DNA of 64,000 nt from Eledone cirrhosa (GCA_964016885.1 OZ024741.1:277202001-277266000), one strand, 5' to 3'. Numbered from the stretch's first letter, positions 25,991 to 42,060 are shown. Notes: generated by a model not told the origin, from the sequence alone. Numbers and translations are program-made.

Positions 25991-27559
25991 GTGGACAAAT
26001 GTCATGCACCGTAACATCGGGTTTGCCTAATCCTTTATGAATGAAACTGTTTCGAAGCTTTTCAGATGGTTAGTAATATGTAATTCAAGATTCAACCCAC
26101 CAGCCGTATCATACACTGTTTCGTGTTGAATCATCTTGTGAATTGTGTTAAGAGTACGCGTGACATGTTTTAAAATGCTTTGCCACCTGCATGTTGATAT
26201 CAGAAGCTGGCTATTTTTGTTGATTGATCAAATGCGTAGACAGTACCTGTAATTTCAATGGGCCAGCGTTTGCCACACATTATCTCAGCTGAATCTCCCT
26301 AAAAATAGCATTAAGGCGTATGTGATGTGTTTTAATAGCATATGTGACGTGTTTTAGAATGCTCGTCCACTTGCACGTTAACTTTACGAGCAGGCTGTCC
26401 CGTAGATCGAACAAATGGAAAACACATCGTCGAAACCGACGGATGTCCATTCCATTTTGGCTAAAGACTGATACAAACGTAAAAATAGGCTCATATCATT
26501 ACTTCTTCAGAAAAATAATTGAACAAAGACGTGAATTGATATGTCAGTTCTTTTATAAATTGATAAATGTCTTTAAATGTTTAGTTGGATTAAATGCCTC
26601 AGTATTTATTTCAGATCACCGAGTTCTGAGTTCAAATCCTGCCGAGGACAACATTACCTTTCATTATTTCGATAGGAAATACATATTTGTCATATTTTCA
26701 TATCTATATACAAAAAATATGCAAATATATATACACTTTTACGTAGTCTCGGTTAATCCTAAATAAGGATCTAAATCAAACGGCCTTTGAAAATATAAAT
26801 AAACGTCATTTGTGAAACTCGTATTTTTAAATATACTAAGAAAATGTAGGAAGCTCAGGTGTGGAAAATAACTGCAATTACAATCAATAGCTAATTTAGA
26901 CAGTATAATTTGATTAGAAATCCATTAGCTCATTGGTTAGAGCACCTAACTGGTATCTGGGAGATACGGAATTTAATTATACATATATAAATGTAGTTTA
27001 CGGATGTCACTGATGTTATTTCAGCTATCTCCGGTCATGACGTTCTCACTCAATGCGACAATAAGCTTGCAGTGGTGAAACTGCATCTCAATATTCAGAG
27101 TGCACACATAATAGTTTGTTATTCATTGAATACTGCCCATCAACGGTTATTAGACTGCAGTGTACAGAAATTGTGCATTATCAGTAGATATTACGCAATC
27201 GGACTATTGCATTTCCTCAGCAGGTAACGCTCACTTCAACACTTAGTGTGAACCTAATAGCGTGCATCGCTAAGTTCGTAAATCTAGCTGTCCTGCGCTA
27301 TCGTGACAAGTGACCTCTAAAATAGAGGAAGACCATTGTATGAGAAAAAAACACGTTATGGTGGGTGAATTCAAAATGTAGAATTCCCGCCAATATATAT
27401 ATATTATTGGTTGTCGGCTCAATACAGAGCAACAAAGCATGGCCACTTCAGTGTATATGATGCTCATATGAGATCATATGTGGCTTTTTAGACCAGACAT
27501 ACTTTCAAAAATACACTCACATAAATTGCATATTAGGTTTGGTACAACGTGAACTGCCT

Positions 27560-27925
27560 GTGGTGCTTGGTTTTCATGAATTTAAAATGTCTCTTCAGGC
27601 CTCCATGAAATGTGCAGATCTAGTGACATATGAAGCATTGATAAGGGCGGAACTGGTTGGTAAATTCTCTAGTCAGTAACATATTTCCTAATGTGTGTTC
27701 TAATGTGACATTTAAATTTAGCTCCAGACAGGCAGATTTTGCAGGTTTGGGGGATCAATTCCTACATTTTTCATGTTATTCTTCATTGCAACTTTGAAAT
27801 ATTTCCTTGGCTTACATTGTTTCCATTTTCCCTGAACAAGTTCCCTATAAAACAATGTTTAGGAGTACGCTCATCGGCCATTCGGACAATATGTCCAAAC
27901 CACTGCAGTTGGCTTTTCATATGTA
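27560..27925 (-). pseudogene. Decayed RTE-like LINE C-terminal fragment
   Basis: Minus strand reads LQWFGHIVRMADERTPK. Confidence 0.65.
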
Positions 27926-27975
27926 CATAGATAGTGTTTCACCTATATTGGATTTTCAACTCGTGTATATGCATC

Positions 27976-28057
<82 letters not shown>

Positions 28058-28451
28058 CACACACACACACACACGAGTCCACAGTTAGATCATAGAATAC
28101 CACAAACTTGAATATTGAGCAAGTAGGATTATTGACTTCGGATTCATAGAAACCTATCGGACGTATTGCATAATATTGTTTGATTTGTCCAGGTCAGTTG
28201 TCTAACCTGATTAGTTTTTTCGTTGTCTTTGGTATTATGTGGCTAGGTTTACCTGCCGCAATTTTCAATTTATCAAGCTGTCACAACGTATGTTATTACT
28301 CTAAGGCCTACAACCTTATCGAGTGCTTTGCTGCACATTCCTAATTGTATATCGTTAGCTTGGCCACAGCCCAAACTTCTATTTTACTATATATATATAA
28401 AGGAAATGAATACGAAGAGTTTAAAACCGTTAAAACATGTATATATAATTG

Positions 28452-28494
28452 TGCACCTACGTACGTTTCGCCTTGAGCGGACTTATCAAGGGCA
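28452..28494 (-). ncRNA. Minimal hammerhead, U3-A8 core variant (inverted pLTR copy)
   Basis: Reverse complement: tgccc TTGATAA gtcc gctcaa ggc GAAA cgtacg TA ggtgca. Confidence 0.75.
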
Positions 28495-31400
28495 TGGAAA
28501 GCAAAATAATGTTCAATTTACGATTAAATTAACATCACCATTTTTTAGAGTAAACGCCAAGGCAGTAATCCATTCATAACATCCGTTTTTTGAGAGTAAA
28601 TCGATTCATAACATCCCTGGATGCACTCATTACCAAAATCAAGAAGGACCCACACCTCTTCGTTACCTCTGACAAAACCAAGAAGCTGTATAGGATGGAC
28701 GTGAGCAAGTACAAACATTTCATTTATAAGGAACTACATAAAAACTATAAGAAAACACCAACTAGCACTTTAAATGACATAAATAGGGTAGGGAAGGACA
28801 TAGTTACTAGCCTAGACATAGATAAGTACACCAACCCATATGTCCCTATGACACCTATATTCTCTCTTAAGGATCACAAATGTAACTTTAATGAAAACCC
28901 CTCTATTAGACTTATATGCCCATCTACTTCGGATATAGGTAAAATTAGTAAAGTGATCCTAGATAGAGTACTACTAGAACTTAATAATAAAGCCAAGGTC
29001 TGTCTCTGGAGCAGCACCGACTAGGTCATTAATTGGTTCACGGAGTTACCTGATAAAACAACTCTCAAGTTCATACAGTTTGACATAGATGGCTACTATG
29101 CATCGATACTCCTAAATAAAGCGCTTATCCTAGCTAAGTCTAATACTAGCCTCACTAGGAAAGAGATAGATATTGTGCTCGCAGCGCGTAGAACTATTAT
29201 CAAGTTTGATGGCTCCTACTGGACCAGAACTAACCGTCCTGATAACTTTGATATCACGATGGGGTCCAGCGACTAGGCACAAGTAACCGACCTGGTCGGG
29301 ATATACCTCCTCCATAGAATTAGGGACGAGATACCGGCCCTACAGGGCGGGATATATAGGGACGATGCCCTGTTTACCGTGCGAAGCCACAGCCCCCGCA
29401 GGATAGAGAATCTTAAGAAGCGTATACACAGGTTCTTTAAGACATATGGCCTATCAGTGACCATGGACCTCAACCACCAAATAGTCAATTTCCTAGATGT
29501 AACCCTAGAGTTGAGTACGGGTCTATACAAGCCATACCATAAGCCCGGTGAGATCCTGTCCTATATAAACTATGCATCTAGCCACCCTAAGTCTACTCTC
29601 AACTCCATAGGATATAGCATATCCCATAGGATCTCGAGGCTCTCCGCCAATGAAGATATCTTCAACCAGGCGGCCGAATATTACAATAAGGCTTTACTAA
29701 ATGCCGGTTTTAACCGGAAAATATCATATATCCTTAATGCTAGCTCTAGAAACCAACCCCAACGTAGGAATAATGTTATAGTGAGCCATACCTATAACAG
29801 AGCGCGCTACAGCCATGACAGAGTCAAGAACTATAGTATAGAGAACCACACTAAGAAACTTGGCCACACCGTTAATTACATGAGTGGCGACCAAGACAAC
29901 CGACAGTATGGTAAGTGTTATCCGATTGGTAGCGCCACCCGCTGCAGCCTATTAGAGTTATTCCCTAACTATAAGACCAGCAACTGCGGCGGCCTATTAC
30001 CAACACCCTCCAACCCGCGTCTATCCACACATAGAAAGTACAGAGGTAAGGCGCCTCCACCTGAACATAAAGTAATGGGGACGAATAACCGGCTACAGCA
30101 CAGGAACAACCGTAAGTACTGTCAACTAGGAAGCACAACATGTAGCAAACCAACTGAAAAGCGGAAACGCCACCGTAATATCATATGGTTCCACCCCCTA
30201 CTCTCGGATGTTGGCCTCCGACGTACCGAGGATATTCTTCGAAGCCTTGGAGAGGAATTTCCCACCTAATCATAAATACAGAAAAATACTTAACAGGAAC
30301 ACTATCAAAATATCCTTCTCTACCACCCCAATCTAGCTGACATCATAGGAGCAACTAATCACAGTAAGATTAACAAAACACTACACCTTAGCACAGATAC
30401 ATCTAGACATGGCAACAACACTAATAACCTTAACATCCTCCTAACATCACCAAATAGGGTGGACGGCCACCCCGGCAGACGAAACCCACGTAACCAGGGC
30501 GTCATTGGAGAATATACCGGCGACCCACACGCGTCACCCACCGGCAGCAGAACGGGCTGCGGCGTGCGGAATAATAATGGTACAACACCGCACGCCTTGA
30601 GAGATAACAGTACCAATGACAGAGTTAGAAACATAGATAACAATATAGATAGCAATAGTAATAGCTTTACTTTAGGAACTAGGAGCGACTGTGACGGAAA
30701 ATGCAACTGTCGTGACAGGGGAGGCTGCCCTCTCAGGGGAAACTGCCTGACAGATAAGGTTGTTTATAGGTGCACCGTAACTAGCCACAGCGGAGTTAAA
30801 CACTATATAGGAGCCACCTCTGGCCAGTTTAAAACGAGATTTAGAACGCATCTCCACTCTTTCATCAACAAAAAATTAAGGCACTCCACATCGCTTGCCA
30901 ACTACGTCACCACATTGCAAGACGCCAACATAAGCTTCTCCACACACTGGGATATTGTCAGTAGGACTGCACCCTACAACTTCAGGGGGAAATGCCAGCT
31001 CTGCCTCATGGAGCTGTACTACATCATAAGAACACCCCATGAGCTCTTAAACAACCGAGCAGAATAAGTTATTAATTGTAAACACCGGGTACAGGCGTCG
31101 TATTTTGCCTGGGAGGCGACTGTGATATGAAAACTACTAACTGGGTCCCCATGCCCGAACCATAACACCCCGGTGGGCACGCAGTATGAACAAACATCTG
31201 TGAACCAAATGTACACCGCAGACCATACTCGAACAAACATTAGTGAAGCAACATCCACTAAATAATAAATAGACACCCCAGACCCGACCTGTACTGGCAC
31301 TAGTGAAACAACACGCATAATATAAAGATGCTAAACACCAGCATATGAACAGGCATTAAAATCCACATGGGACCGATTGCTTGAACACCGGCCAGAGTTA

Positions 31401-31515
31401 CTCCCCCTGCTCTGTGATAATAAAAACACATGCACAGAGGGGAAAATGAATGATGATGTTAATTTAACCGTAAATTCCCTCCTGGGTACTATATTGAACA
31501 TTATTTTGCTTTCCA

Positions 31516-31558
31516 TGCCCTTGATAAGCCCATTACGGGTGAAACGTACGTAGGCGCA
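31516..31558 (+). ncRNA. Minimal hammerhead, U3-A8 core variant (3' pLTR)
   Basis: tgccc TTGATAA gccc attac gggt GAAA cgtacg TA ggcgca. Confidence 0.8.
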
Positions 31559-31821
31559 CTATTATATAAACATGTTCTAACGGTTTTAAACTCTTTGTAT
31601 TCATTTCCTTTATAATCGCTCTGCTTATTTTTTCTCGCCCACTAAATATTGACGCCTCTAATATTTAACCCTGTAGGCACGAGTATTGAGCACACATGCA
31701 TAAACTATTGGCAACTAAATATATGTATCGACCATCTTTCTATTCTCTTCTCTCTCTCGATACTTAATCATTCTATATATATGTGTGTGTGTGTGTGTGT
31801 GTATGTATATATATATATATA

Positions 31822-31869
<48 letters not shown>

Positions 31870-31934
31870 TATGCACACGTACATACATACACACGCACAC
31901 ACACATACACACACACGCACACATACACACACAG

Positions 31935-32021
<87 letters not shown>

Positions 32022-32147
32022 TATATACATATATGTATGGGTTATATCGAACAATAATAATAATGTTCGTTTCGTCTGTAAACGTTTTGAAGCTGTGCCG
32101 TGCCGGTGACCGATCGTCATCTGTTTGATCAACACTGGCTTTGAGGA

Positions 32148-32190
32148 ACAATCAACATGTTTCTGAGTCATTACTCTTCATCAGGACTGT
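32148..32190 (-). ncRNA. Minimal type I hammerhead motif in a solo PLE-type terminus
   Basis: Reverse complement: acagtc CTGATGA a gagt aatg actc a GAAA catg TT gattgt. Confidence 0.83.
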
Positions 32191-32361
32191 GTACTTCTGC
32201 CAGTCTGTTGAACGGTTGAATATATATAGTATTTTCTTAAGTACACATAGGCTGAGTAGCTTCATTTGCATACCGAGCGAGTTACGGCTGGCCTTGACGA
32301 ATATTAAAAATAAAATTATATAATATATAACAAATAGTTTATCGCTCTACATGGCTGAATA

Positions 32362-32844
32362 CAATAAATGTAATCTGAGTTTTTCGAATATTAATAATTG
32401 TTTCTACTTTAGGCACAAGGCCAGCAATTACCCAGTGCATTACTGGTACTTTATTTTATCGACCCCGTAAGGATGAAAGGCAAAGTCAACCTCGGTGGGA
32501 TTTGAACTCAGATCATAAAGGGACGTAACTATGCTGGAAAGCATGGCGTCCAACCCTCTACCAATACTGCCAATCCTTCGATTCGTTTGCAAATATGCAC
32601 ACAGCTTCTTTAAAGCCATGATCTCGTAGAATGGCCTCGTCATTGTTGCTCTTGTGTTGGCATGTAAACAGAACTGTAGACACATACTGCAGACATATAC
32701 TGTGTCTACAGTTCTGTTTACATGCCAACACAAGAGCAACAATGACGAGGCCATTCTACGAGATCATGGCTTTAAAGAAGCTGTGTGCATATTTGCAAAC
32801 GAATCGAATATTATTATTAATATTCGAAAAACTCAGATTACATT

Positions 32845-32849
<5 letters not shown>
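32362..32849. mobile_element. Fold-back element (centre about 32690) with a SINE (32395-32576, minus strand) inserted in the left arm
   Basis: 32577-32680 is the reverse complement of about 32701-32808; outer arms aataaatgtaatctgagtttttcgaatattaataat and its reverse complement at about 32813-32848. Confidence 0.87.
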
Positions 32850-32892
<43 letters not shown>

Positions 32893-32897
<5 letters not shown>

Positions 32898-33080
32898 AAC
32901 AAGTAAGACCCCGACGGCTGAGCTCAAGCCGTTTCGACGGCTAATTCTTGACTCTGGACAGAATTAGCCGTCGAAACGGCTTGAGCTCAGCCGTCGGGGT
33001 CTTACTTGTTCCTATTACCCACTCTACTACCCTAAGTATTGAGTACTTTGGTGTGTTATGGTCCACCTGGTTCCTTACCA
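32893..33080 (+). mobile_element. Fold-back PLE-type terminus with 56 bp arms and a 3' tail; carries the 3' half of a hammerhead
   Basis: 32893-32948 pairs with 32960-33015; GAAA cggct tgagctc agccg TC ggggtc. Confidence 0.78.
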
Positions 33081-33250
33081 ATTAGAAATGCGCAACCGGT
33101 AAAACTAAAAACCAAACTGAATACTAACCAATACTATTACTAATTCTCACTTATTCCTAATTAAACTATTTTTCACTGTGAACAATTTGTAAGCATTTTC
33201 TATTCCGTTTACCAATATATCATAACTTGTGTATTACACCTCTATTCTTT

Positions 33251-33299
<49 letters not shown>

Positions 33300-33429
33300 T
33301 TATTTATTTATTTATTTCATTATCTATACAAAAGTCTATAGCCACACACCTGCGATCTGTTTACTAATCTTTAATGCATTCATTGAATTTTCAAATATCA
33401 TAATGTTCCTAACATTGGCAGTAATAGAT

Positions 33430-33513
<84 letters not shown>

Positions 33514-33559
33514 GCAGGAAACTTTTATTTTCTTAATTAACTTCCGCACCACTTCAAAG

Positions 33560-34092
33560 GAATCATTATCATCATCATCATGATCATTATCATCGTCATC
33601 ATCATCATCAGCATCATCACCATCATCACCATCACCACCGTCATCAACATCTTCGCCGTCCTCGCCATCGCCATCACCACCATCATCAACATCTTCGCCG
33701 TCCTCGCCATCGCCATCACCACCATCATCAACATCTTCGCCGTCCTCGCCATCGCCATCACCACCATCATCAACATCTTCGCCGTCCTCGCCATCGCCAT
33801 CACCACCATCATCAACATCTTCGCCGTCCTCGCCATCGCCATCACCACCATCATCAACATCTTCGCCGTCCTCGCCATCGCCATCACCACCATCATCAAC
33901 ATCTTCGCCGTCCTCGCCATCGCCATCACCACCATCATCAACATCTTCGCCGTCCTCGCCATCGCCATCACCACCATCATCAACATCTTCGCCGTCCTCG
34001 CCATCGCCATCACCACCATCATCAACATCTTCGCGATCATCATCAACGCCACTACCATCACCATCATCATCATCATCATCGTCATCGCCATT

Positions 34093-34139
<47 letters not shown>

Positions 34140-34145
34140 TATTAA

Positions 34146-34184
<39 letters not shown>

Positions 34185-34400
34185 TGTTAACATCAGCATC
34201 ATCATCATCGTCATCGCCACTATCATCGTCATCATCATCATCATCCTCATCATCATCATCATCGTCGTCATCATCATCATCATCGTGGTCGTCACCACCA
34301 CCACCACCACCACCACCACCACCACCGACACCATCATGATCATCATCACCATCATCATCACCATCATCATCATCATCACCATCATAATTATCATTATAAT
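33560..34400. repeat. (CAT)n-rich tract with a 42 bp minisatellite (about 9 identical units, 33642-34033)
   Basis: catcaacatcttcgccgtcctcgccatcgccatcaccaccat repeated. Confidence 0.93.
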
Positions 34401-34646
34401 CGTTGATGTTGTTGTAGTTATTGTTATTCGGGAGTTTCAACACCTCGACGCGGTTATTACAAAGAAAATGGCTTCAATTGAAAGACCAGGTGTCGGATTC
34501 GATTTCATTAAGATTTAATAAATCAATCTTTTCTTACGGAGAAAAGTTCGATGCCTAAATTATCATCCTCTGTTTCGACATTTCTTTAGCTAGGAAAACC
34601 AAAACACATACATATATATACACTCACACATATACATCTATGCATA

Positions 34647-34710
<64 letters not shown>

Positions 34711-34760
34711 GTATGATCTATGTATATGTAAATATATATACATACACATACACATTTGCA

Positions 34761-34867
<107 letters not shown>

Positions 34868-34930
34868 CTTTTAATAGAGATGAGATTCTATGTTTCATTC
34901 TTTACCTCCGATTCAACCCGGAATAACTTA

Positions 34931-35024
<94 letters not shown>

Positions 35025-35065
35025 CAAAACATAAGTCAATTGCATGGACTCATAATCATTTATTT

Positions 35066-35121
35066 ACTGGTATATATATTTCGATGATAGCCATTGAATG
35101 GCTATGACCTCATCAGGCAGT
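35066..35121 (-). ncRNA. Minimal type I hammerhead motif in a PLE-type 3' end next to (TA)n
   Basis: Reverse complement: actgc CTGATGA ggtc atagccat tca atggctat catc GAAA tatata TA ccagt; one mismatch in stem I. Confidence 0.72.
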
Positions 35122-35430
35122 TAGTCAGTTCTTAGATATGCCAGCTCTGTGTTTATAGTGTTGATGGTATCAGAGCCTTGGGACATATGAGCTTGTTAGG
35201 AATAATTTCATGTTGTCAGCAGGAATAATCTTAATTCTCATTGGTCAGTTTGTAGATGCTAGTAGGGCTGTTATTTGACCTCAAAGAGGCAGGTGGTGTT
35301 GTAAAGTTCAAACCGTTAGGCAAGATGACAATAGTTCCATGTGACTGATTTTCACTAAAAGCATTCCTGGTCAGATATATATATTCAATTGAGGTTTATA
35401 GTATGAAATTCGATACTACAGGTCATTCTT

Positions 35431-35735
35431 AAATTGAGGAATTTATGTGGGGTGGTACTACTGAAAATTATGGTTAGAGTAGAATACTAGAAAATTTACA
35501 TATAAAAAGACTTATGTTGGTTGACTTGCACGTACACTCACACCCACCCCCACAGACACACACACACATCCACACATACAAATTGAGGAATTTATGTGTG
35601 GTGGTAATACTGAAAATAATGGTTAGAGTCAAATACTTAGAAAGTTTAGAAATAAAAGGACTTATGTTGGTTGACTTGTACATACACTCACACCTACCCC
35701 CTCAGACACACACACATATCTACACACACAAATCC
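35431..35735. repeat. Diverged 150 bp tandem duplication
   Basis: aaattgaggaatttatgtg..ggttagagt..gacttatgttggttgacttg starts at 35431 and 35581. Confidence 0.85.
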
Positions 35736-36360
35736 ATACAGGTGTGTATATATATATGTATGCACAAGTGCATATATATATACAACAGAGGCCCCCAAAT
35801 CCAAGTATAAGGCAGACATAAAACGAGGTAGGTGTTATTTTTAAAGAAAAGTAAAGTGGGTGTTTGGAAGAGTTATTGTTTAGACTAGACAAAAGTAGAG
35901 TGTGATATATATCTTCACAGCAATAGCTTGGGGGCTTTGGAGCTTAGGCGAATCCCTTAGTACAGACATATAAACCCACCCACACTTTTATACCTCTGGA
36001 TGCGTGTGTATGTATATATACACATGTGCAGTCATACAAGAGAGCATATACAAATATACTCTTAAGCATACACTCGAACATTTTTCAAATGCAACCTGGG
36101 GTATTAGTATTTCGTTGCGTTCACATGAGTGTGCACATTGACGTAATCCCAGTATACACACACAACGCACGGTTGCGGGCACACATTCATGTGTATAGGG
36201 TTAGTACCTTGGGATAATTGTTCTTCCTGTGTGGGCCACTCCCGGGGGAGGGGTTCCTCAGGTTCAATAAACGTGGTTTTGTTGACTCCTAACCAGTAGA
36301 GGATCCGCTGGACAATCCACCGTAGGGACCACAAACTATGGGTGGTTGTTGTTGTCCATT

Positions 36361-36425
<65 letters not shown>

Positions 36426-36584
36426 TATATATGATGATGATGATGATGATTTCTCCCGAATAAAACAGTTCTAGTCCTGTAGAAACCATTTCTATATCTG
36501 ATATTTATACTCTGCCATGCATTGAGTACCTTACTTACTGTGGTTACCACCGATTGAACCCGGGATAAACATATATATATATAC

Positions 36585-38480
<1,896 letters not shown>

Positions 38481-38569
38481 TAATAATTATATAAAATTCG
38501 TCTAGATAAGTAATTGTACAAAGATAACGGCTTTACAGTTGGCGTCATACATATCCATACTTTAGACTA

Positions 38570-39430
38570 TTCTTTCTTCTCTTCTTCTCTCACTTATTCC
38601 TGAGAGGGTCGTGGAAGCAGAGTTCTCAAACAGTCCTTTCAGCAGAAGCAACCATTTCCGACTGATCCGACTGGATCCCCAAGCGAGTCCAGCCAATTTC
38701 ATTGGTGTTATCCAACCATCTTGCTCAAGGTCAACTTATGGATCTTCTGCCGATTGGTTTTGCCCGTAGAATCTGTCCAGCAATTCTTTCTTGAGACATT
38801 CTAGCCACATTCCAGTAGTAACGCAGCTGTAATGTCCCAATTCGGAGAAGTTGCGGTTACCTGGAGCGACTCCCTGATCTCTGAGAAACGCGATATATTG
38901 AGTAACATTACTCCAAAACGTTTCGGAGGAATCCTATTTCGGCCGCTTGTATTCTTTCGGACATTACCCAAGTTAAGGGTTAGTACGAATACCGAATTGA
39001 AGATAGCGACATTGGTTTTTATACTTAACCCCCTTTTTTCTGATTACCGAATGCTGAAGCTGGTGCGTTACTACACCAGCTTATGTAGTTCTTGCCTCCT
39101 GAACACGCTCCCAATATACTTGAACTTCTCCACCTGCTTCAGTGGAACTCACTTCAAAAGTAGAGGGCACTACGCAGGCTTCTTTGAGACGAAGAGTGTC
39201 CCAGTTCTCGCAGTACTGATTTTCATTCCAGCCATGCATAGGAACACTTTGGGTCAGCAAATATATTATTCTGGCAAACCATTCGCCGACTTCGTAATAA
39301 AAAGTCCTCCTCCACGCCTACTATCAGGAACGCGTCTGGTGTTCTTCTCTCTTCAGAGTGTGGGCATAGTCTACTGCGAGGCATTTCTTCGCTTAAAAAA
39401 GCTGCAAGCACCTACACGACTTGCTTGAGA
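38570..39430 (-). pseudogene. Decayed RTE-like LINE 3' region with short (GAA)-type tail; related 3' end at 18850-18970
   Basis: Minus strand gives QVEKFKYIGS and LRYYWNVARMSQERIAGQILRAKPIGRR, homologous to 47805-47935. Confidence 0.72.
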
Positions 39431-39881
39431 ATGGCCTTTTCTTTTTTCTTTCGCTGCAGCATAGATAGAAAGGCATCTAAATCCTTGGCAGAGCTAAAAC
39501 GCAGAGGGATCTAATCGGACAGCTAATGATTTCGAAGTGAACTTTCTAACCATTCTGCCAATTCATCACCTACAGATATATTTAGTAACTTTCTCTCAAC
39601 AAGGTAAATCTTAAATCGCTCACATGACAACAGCAATATAAAAATCCTTTCCACACAGAAATTACTTTCCTCTTACTTTGTCTACATATATCTCCTACTG
39701 TTACTTTCCTTTCATCTTAACTCTCACTTCCGTCACATCTGCCTTGCTACTTCCTCCATCACGCACTCCTCCCTTCCCTCCTGCCCCCCCCCCCCTCATC
39801 CCTCTTTCTCGCCAATCTGAAAGTGACATACTTTTGGATATTTTTCACACTCTATCCACACTACCTTCTTCTACTACAGCA

Positions 39882-39940
<59 letters not shown>

Positions 39941-39941
39941 C

Positions 39942-40003
<62 letters not shown>

Positions 40004-40022
40004 AGCAACTACTACTACAGCA

Positions 40023-40099
<77 letters not shown>

Positions 40100-40213
40100 C
40101 ACTACTACTACTACTACTTCCCACCACCACTTTAATTTATATGCAATTATTGTAAGTACACGCACGCGATTACACACACACACAACCTCATAATAATTAA
40201 TGAGTGTGAGAAT

Positions 40214-40265
<52 letters not shown>

Positions 40266-40420
40266 TATATACTTGGGGAGGGTCATATTTGTGTAATAAT
40301 ATTGCCAGAATTAATAAGAGAACACACTCACTGTATATTGATTTATGTATGTAAGTGGCAAAACTTATACGTTAGTCTTTCTCAATCACTATCTCTCTCT
40401 CTCTCCCTCCCCCCCCCCCA

Positions 40421-40460
<40 letters not shown>

Positions 40461-40754
40461 CTTATTTTCTTACGTAATTATTAATGAATGCCTCTGAATC
40501 GACTTGTGTACGTGTTTCTCATGTGTGTATGTGTGTGTATATGTTTGTATGTGTGCGTTTTTTTGTCTACAGGTGTGTATACATATGTGTGAACATATGT
40601 ATACACATATGTATGTGCTTAAGCACACAAATTGCTATTTAATTATCATATAGATTATATTGTTGGAACGCTGATCAATAGCCCGTTCCTATAGATTTTC
40701 TCCCATATGCAACACATTTACAAATACATACATACCGACATCTGATATACATAT

Positions 40755-40855
<101 letters not shown>

Positions 40856-41040
40856 TATATACATATACATATATATAAATATATATATATATACACATAT
40901 ACATATATATACATATATATACACACATATACATATATATAAACATACATATCTACACACATATACATATATATACATACATATATACACACACGCACAT
41001 ATACATATATATATATATATATATATACATATATATATAC

Positions 41041-41117
<77 letters not shown>

Positions 41118-41380
41118 ATATATATATGTATATGTATGTATGCATATATATATATAAATGTGTGTGTCTCTGTGTGTGTATGTACATACATATATACATA
41201 TATATGTACATATATATAGTCGTTTATATACATACAAAATACATACATATATACATACCCACACATACACGAACACATACATACATGGACACGTGCATGC
41301 ATATATTCTTGCATGCATACATACACACATATATACATACATACATACATACATACATACATGCATACATATATATATAC

Positions 41381-41974
41381 ATGGTGGCTGCCAACTCGTT
41401 TTCGAGTACGGCCACTACTTTATATCTATGTAGGAGAACCCCTACCCATGCGCTGAACAAGTGTGACATTTTAGTCCAGCCAGCTACTTGAAAACTCTGG
41501 TACAAACACTACACTTGTGACAATTATTGACACATAGTGCTGGGCCCATGGTACCATGTGATGACAAGTGCAGAGCGATCTCCAGATATAAAGCAATGCC
41601 TGTGCCGTGAAGCTTTTATAGTGAGCAAAGGCACTGCACAAAGCCAGTCCCACTCTCTTAACCAAGATGATATTTACCAAAAAGAAGAACAAATCAACAT
41701 CATTGGATACCATCAAGGTTGCAGGTGTTATATCAGAGTTTTCCTTCTCCTCGAATTCTGCCTTGACAAAGGCTAAGGGGTCATCTCTCCCGGTGATTTT
41801 GGATGGCCATTGACTCTTAAGAGCTCCTTTGCCCTTTGACAGGTTTTGTTTTTAGTCCTGCAAGATGTCCAAAGTCACCACCCTCACCAAGAAACCTTGG
41901 TGGGATTGCCAGTTTAGTCGCCAACGACCCGACCATGAGACAGGTTGTACTGGGATACATGTTACCAGTAGCAC
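41381..41974 (-). mobile_element. Short non-coding retroposon with LINE-like structured 5' leader and (TATG)n tail
   Basis: Shares both ends with 55163-55673: 5' gtgctactggta.catgta.cccagtacaacctgtctcatggtcgggtcg and 3' gagtt.gcagcca.catgtat. Confidence 0.7.
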
Positions 41975-42060
41975 ATGTATGTATATATATACATACATAC
42001 ATACATACATATATATATACATACATACATACATACATACATACATACATACATACATAC

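Larger units (their letters stand above)
28396..31614 (+). mobile_element. Naiad-type Penelope-like element, 5'-truncated, with inverted pseudo-LTR fragment at the 5' end
   Basis: LKDHK..F...P..RLI.P..SDIGKISK, FIQFDI, FDITMGS, YRDDAL, VNFLDVTL, R.RNIIWFHP, CNCR...CPL.GNCL...VVY..YIGAT..FK.R, CQLCL.E, LLNNR.E. In-frame TAG/TAA stops and frameshifts. 28396-28543 is an inverted copy of 31446-31614. Confidence 0.92.

Noticed and set aside
26922-26975. tRNA gene (tagctcattggttagagca)
   Set aside because: Only an A-box/D-arm-like piece; no intact T arm or acceptor stem; likely a decayed SINE head.
28590-31130. Selenocysteine recoding as described for some Naiad elements
   Set aside because: The in-frame stops I see are TAG or TAA at non-Cys positions, and the conserved Cys codons are TGT/TGC.
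33409-34518. Asp-rich 344 aa ORF resembling an acidic biomineral protein
   Set aside because: It is a (CAT)n microsatellite plus 42 bp minisatellite running into (CA)n, with no signal peptide or exon boundaries.
38832-39428. 198 aa plus-strand ORF as a host gene
   Set aside because: It is antisense to decayed RTE-like LINE sequence and has no recognisable domain.
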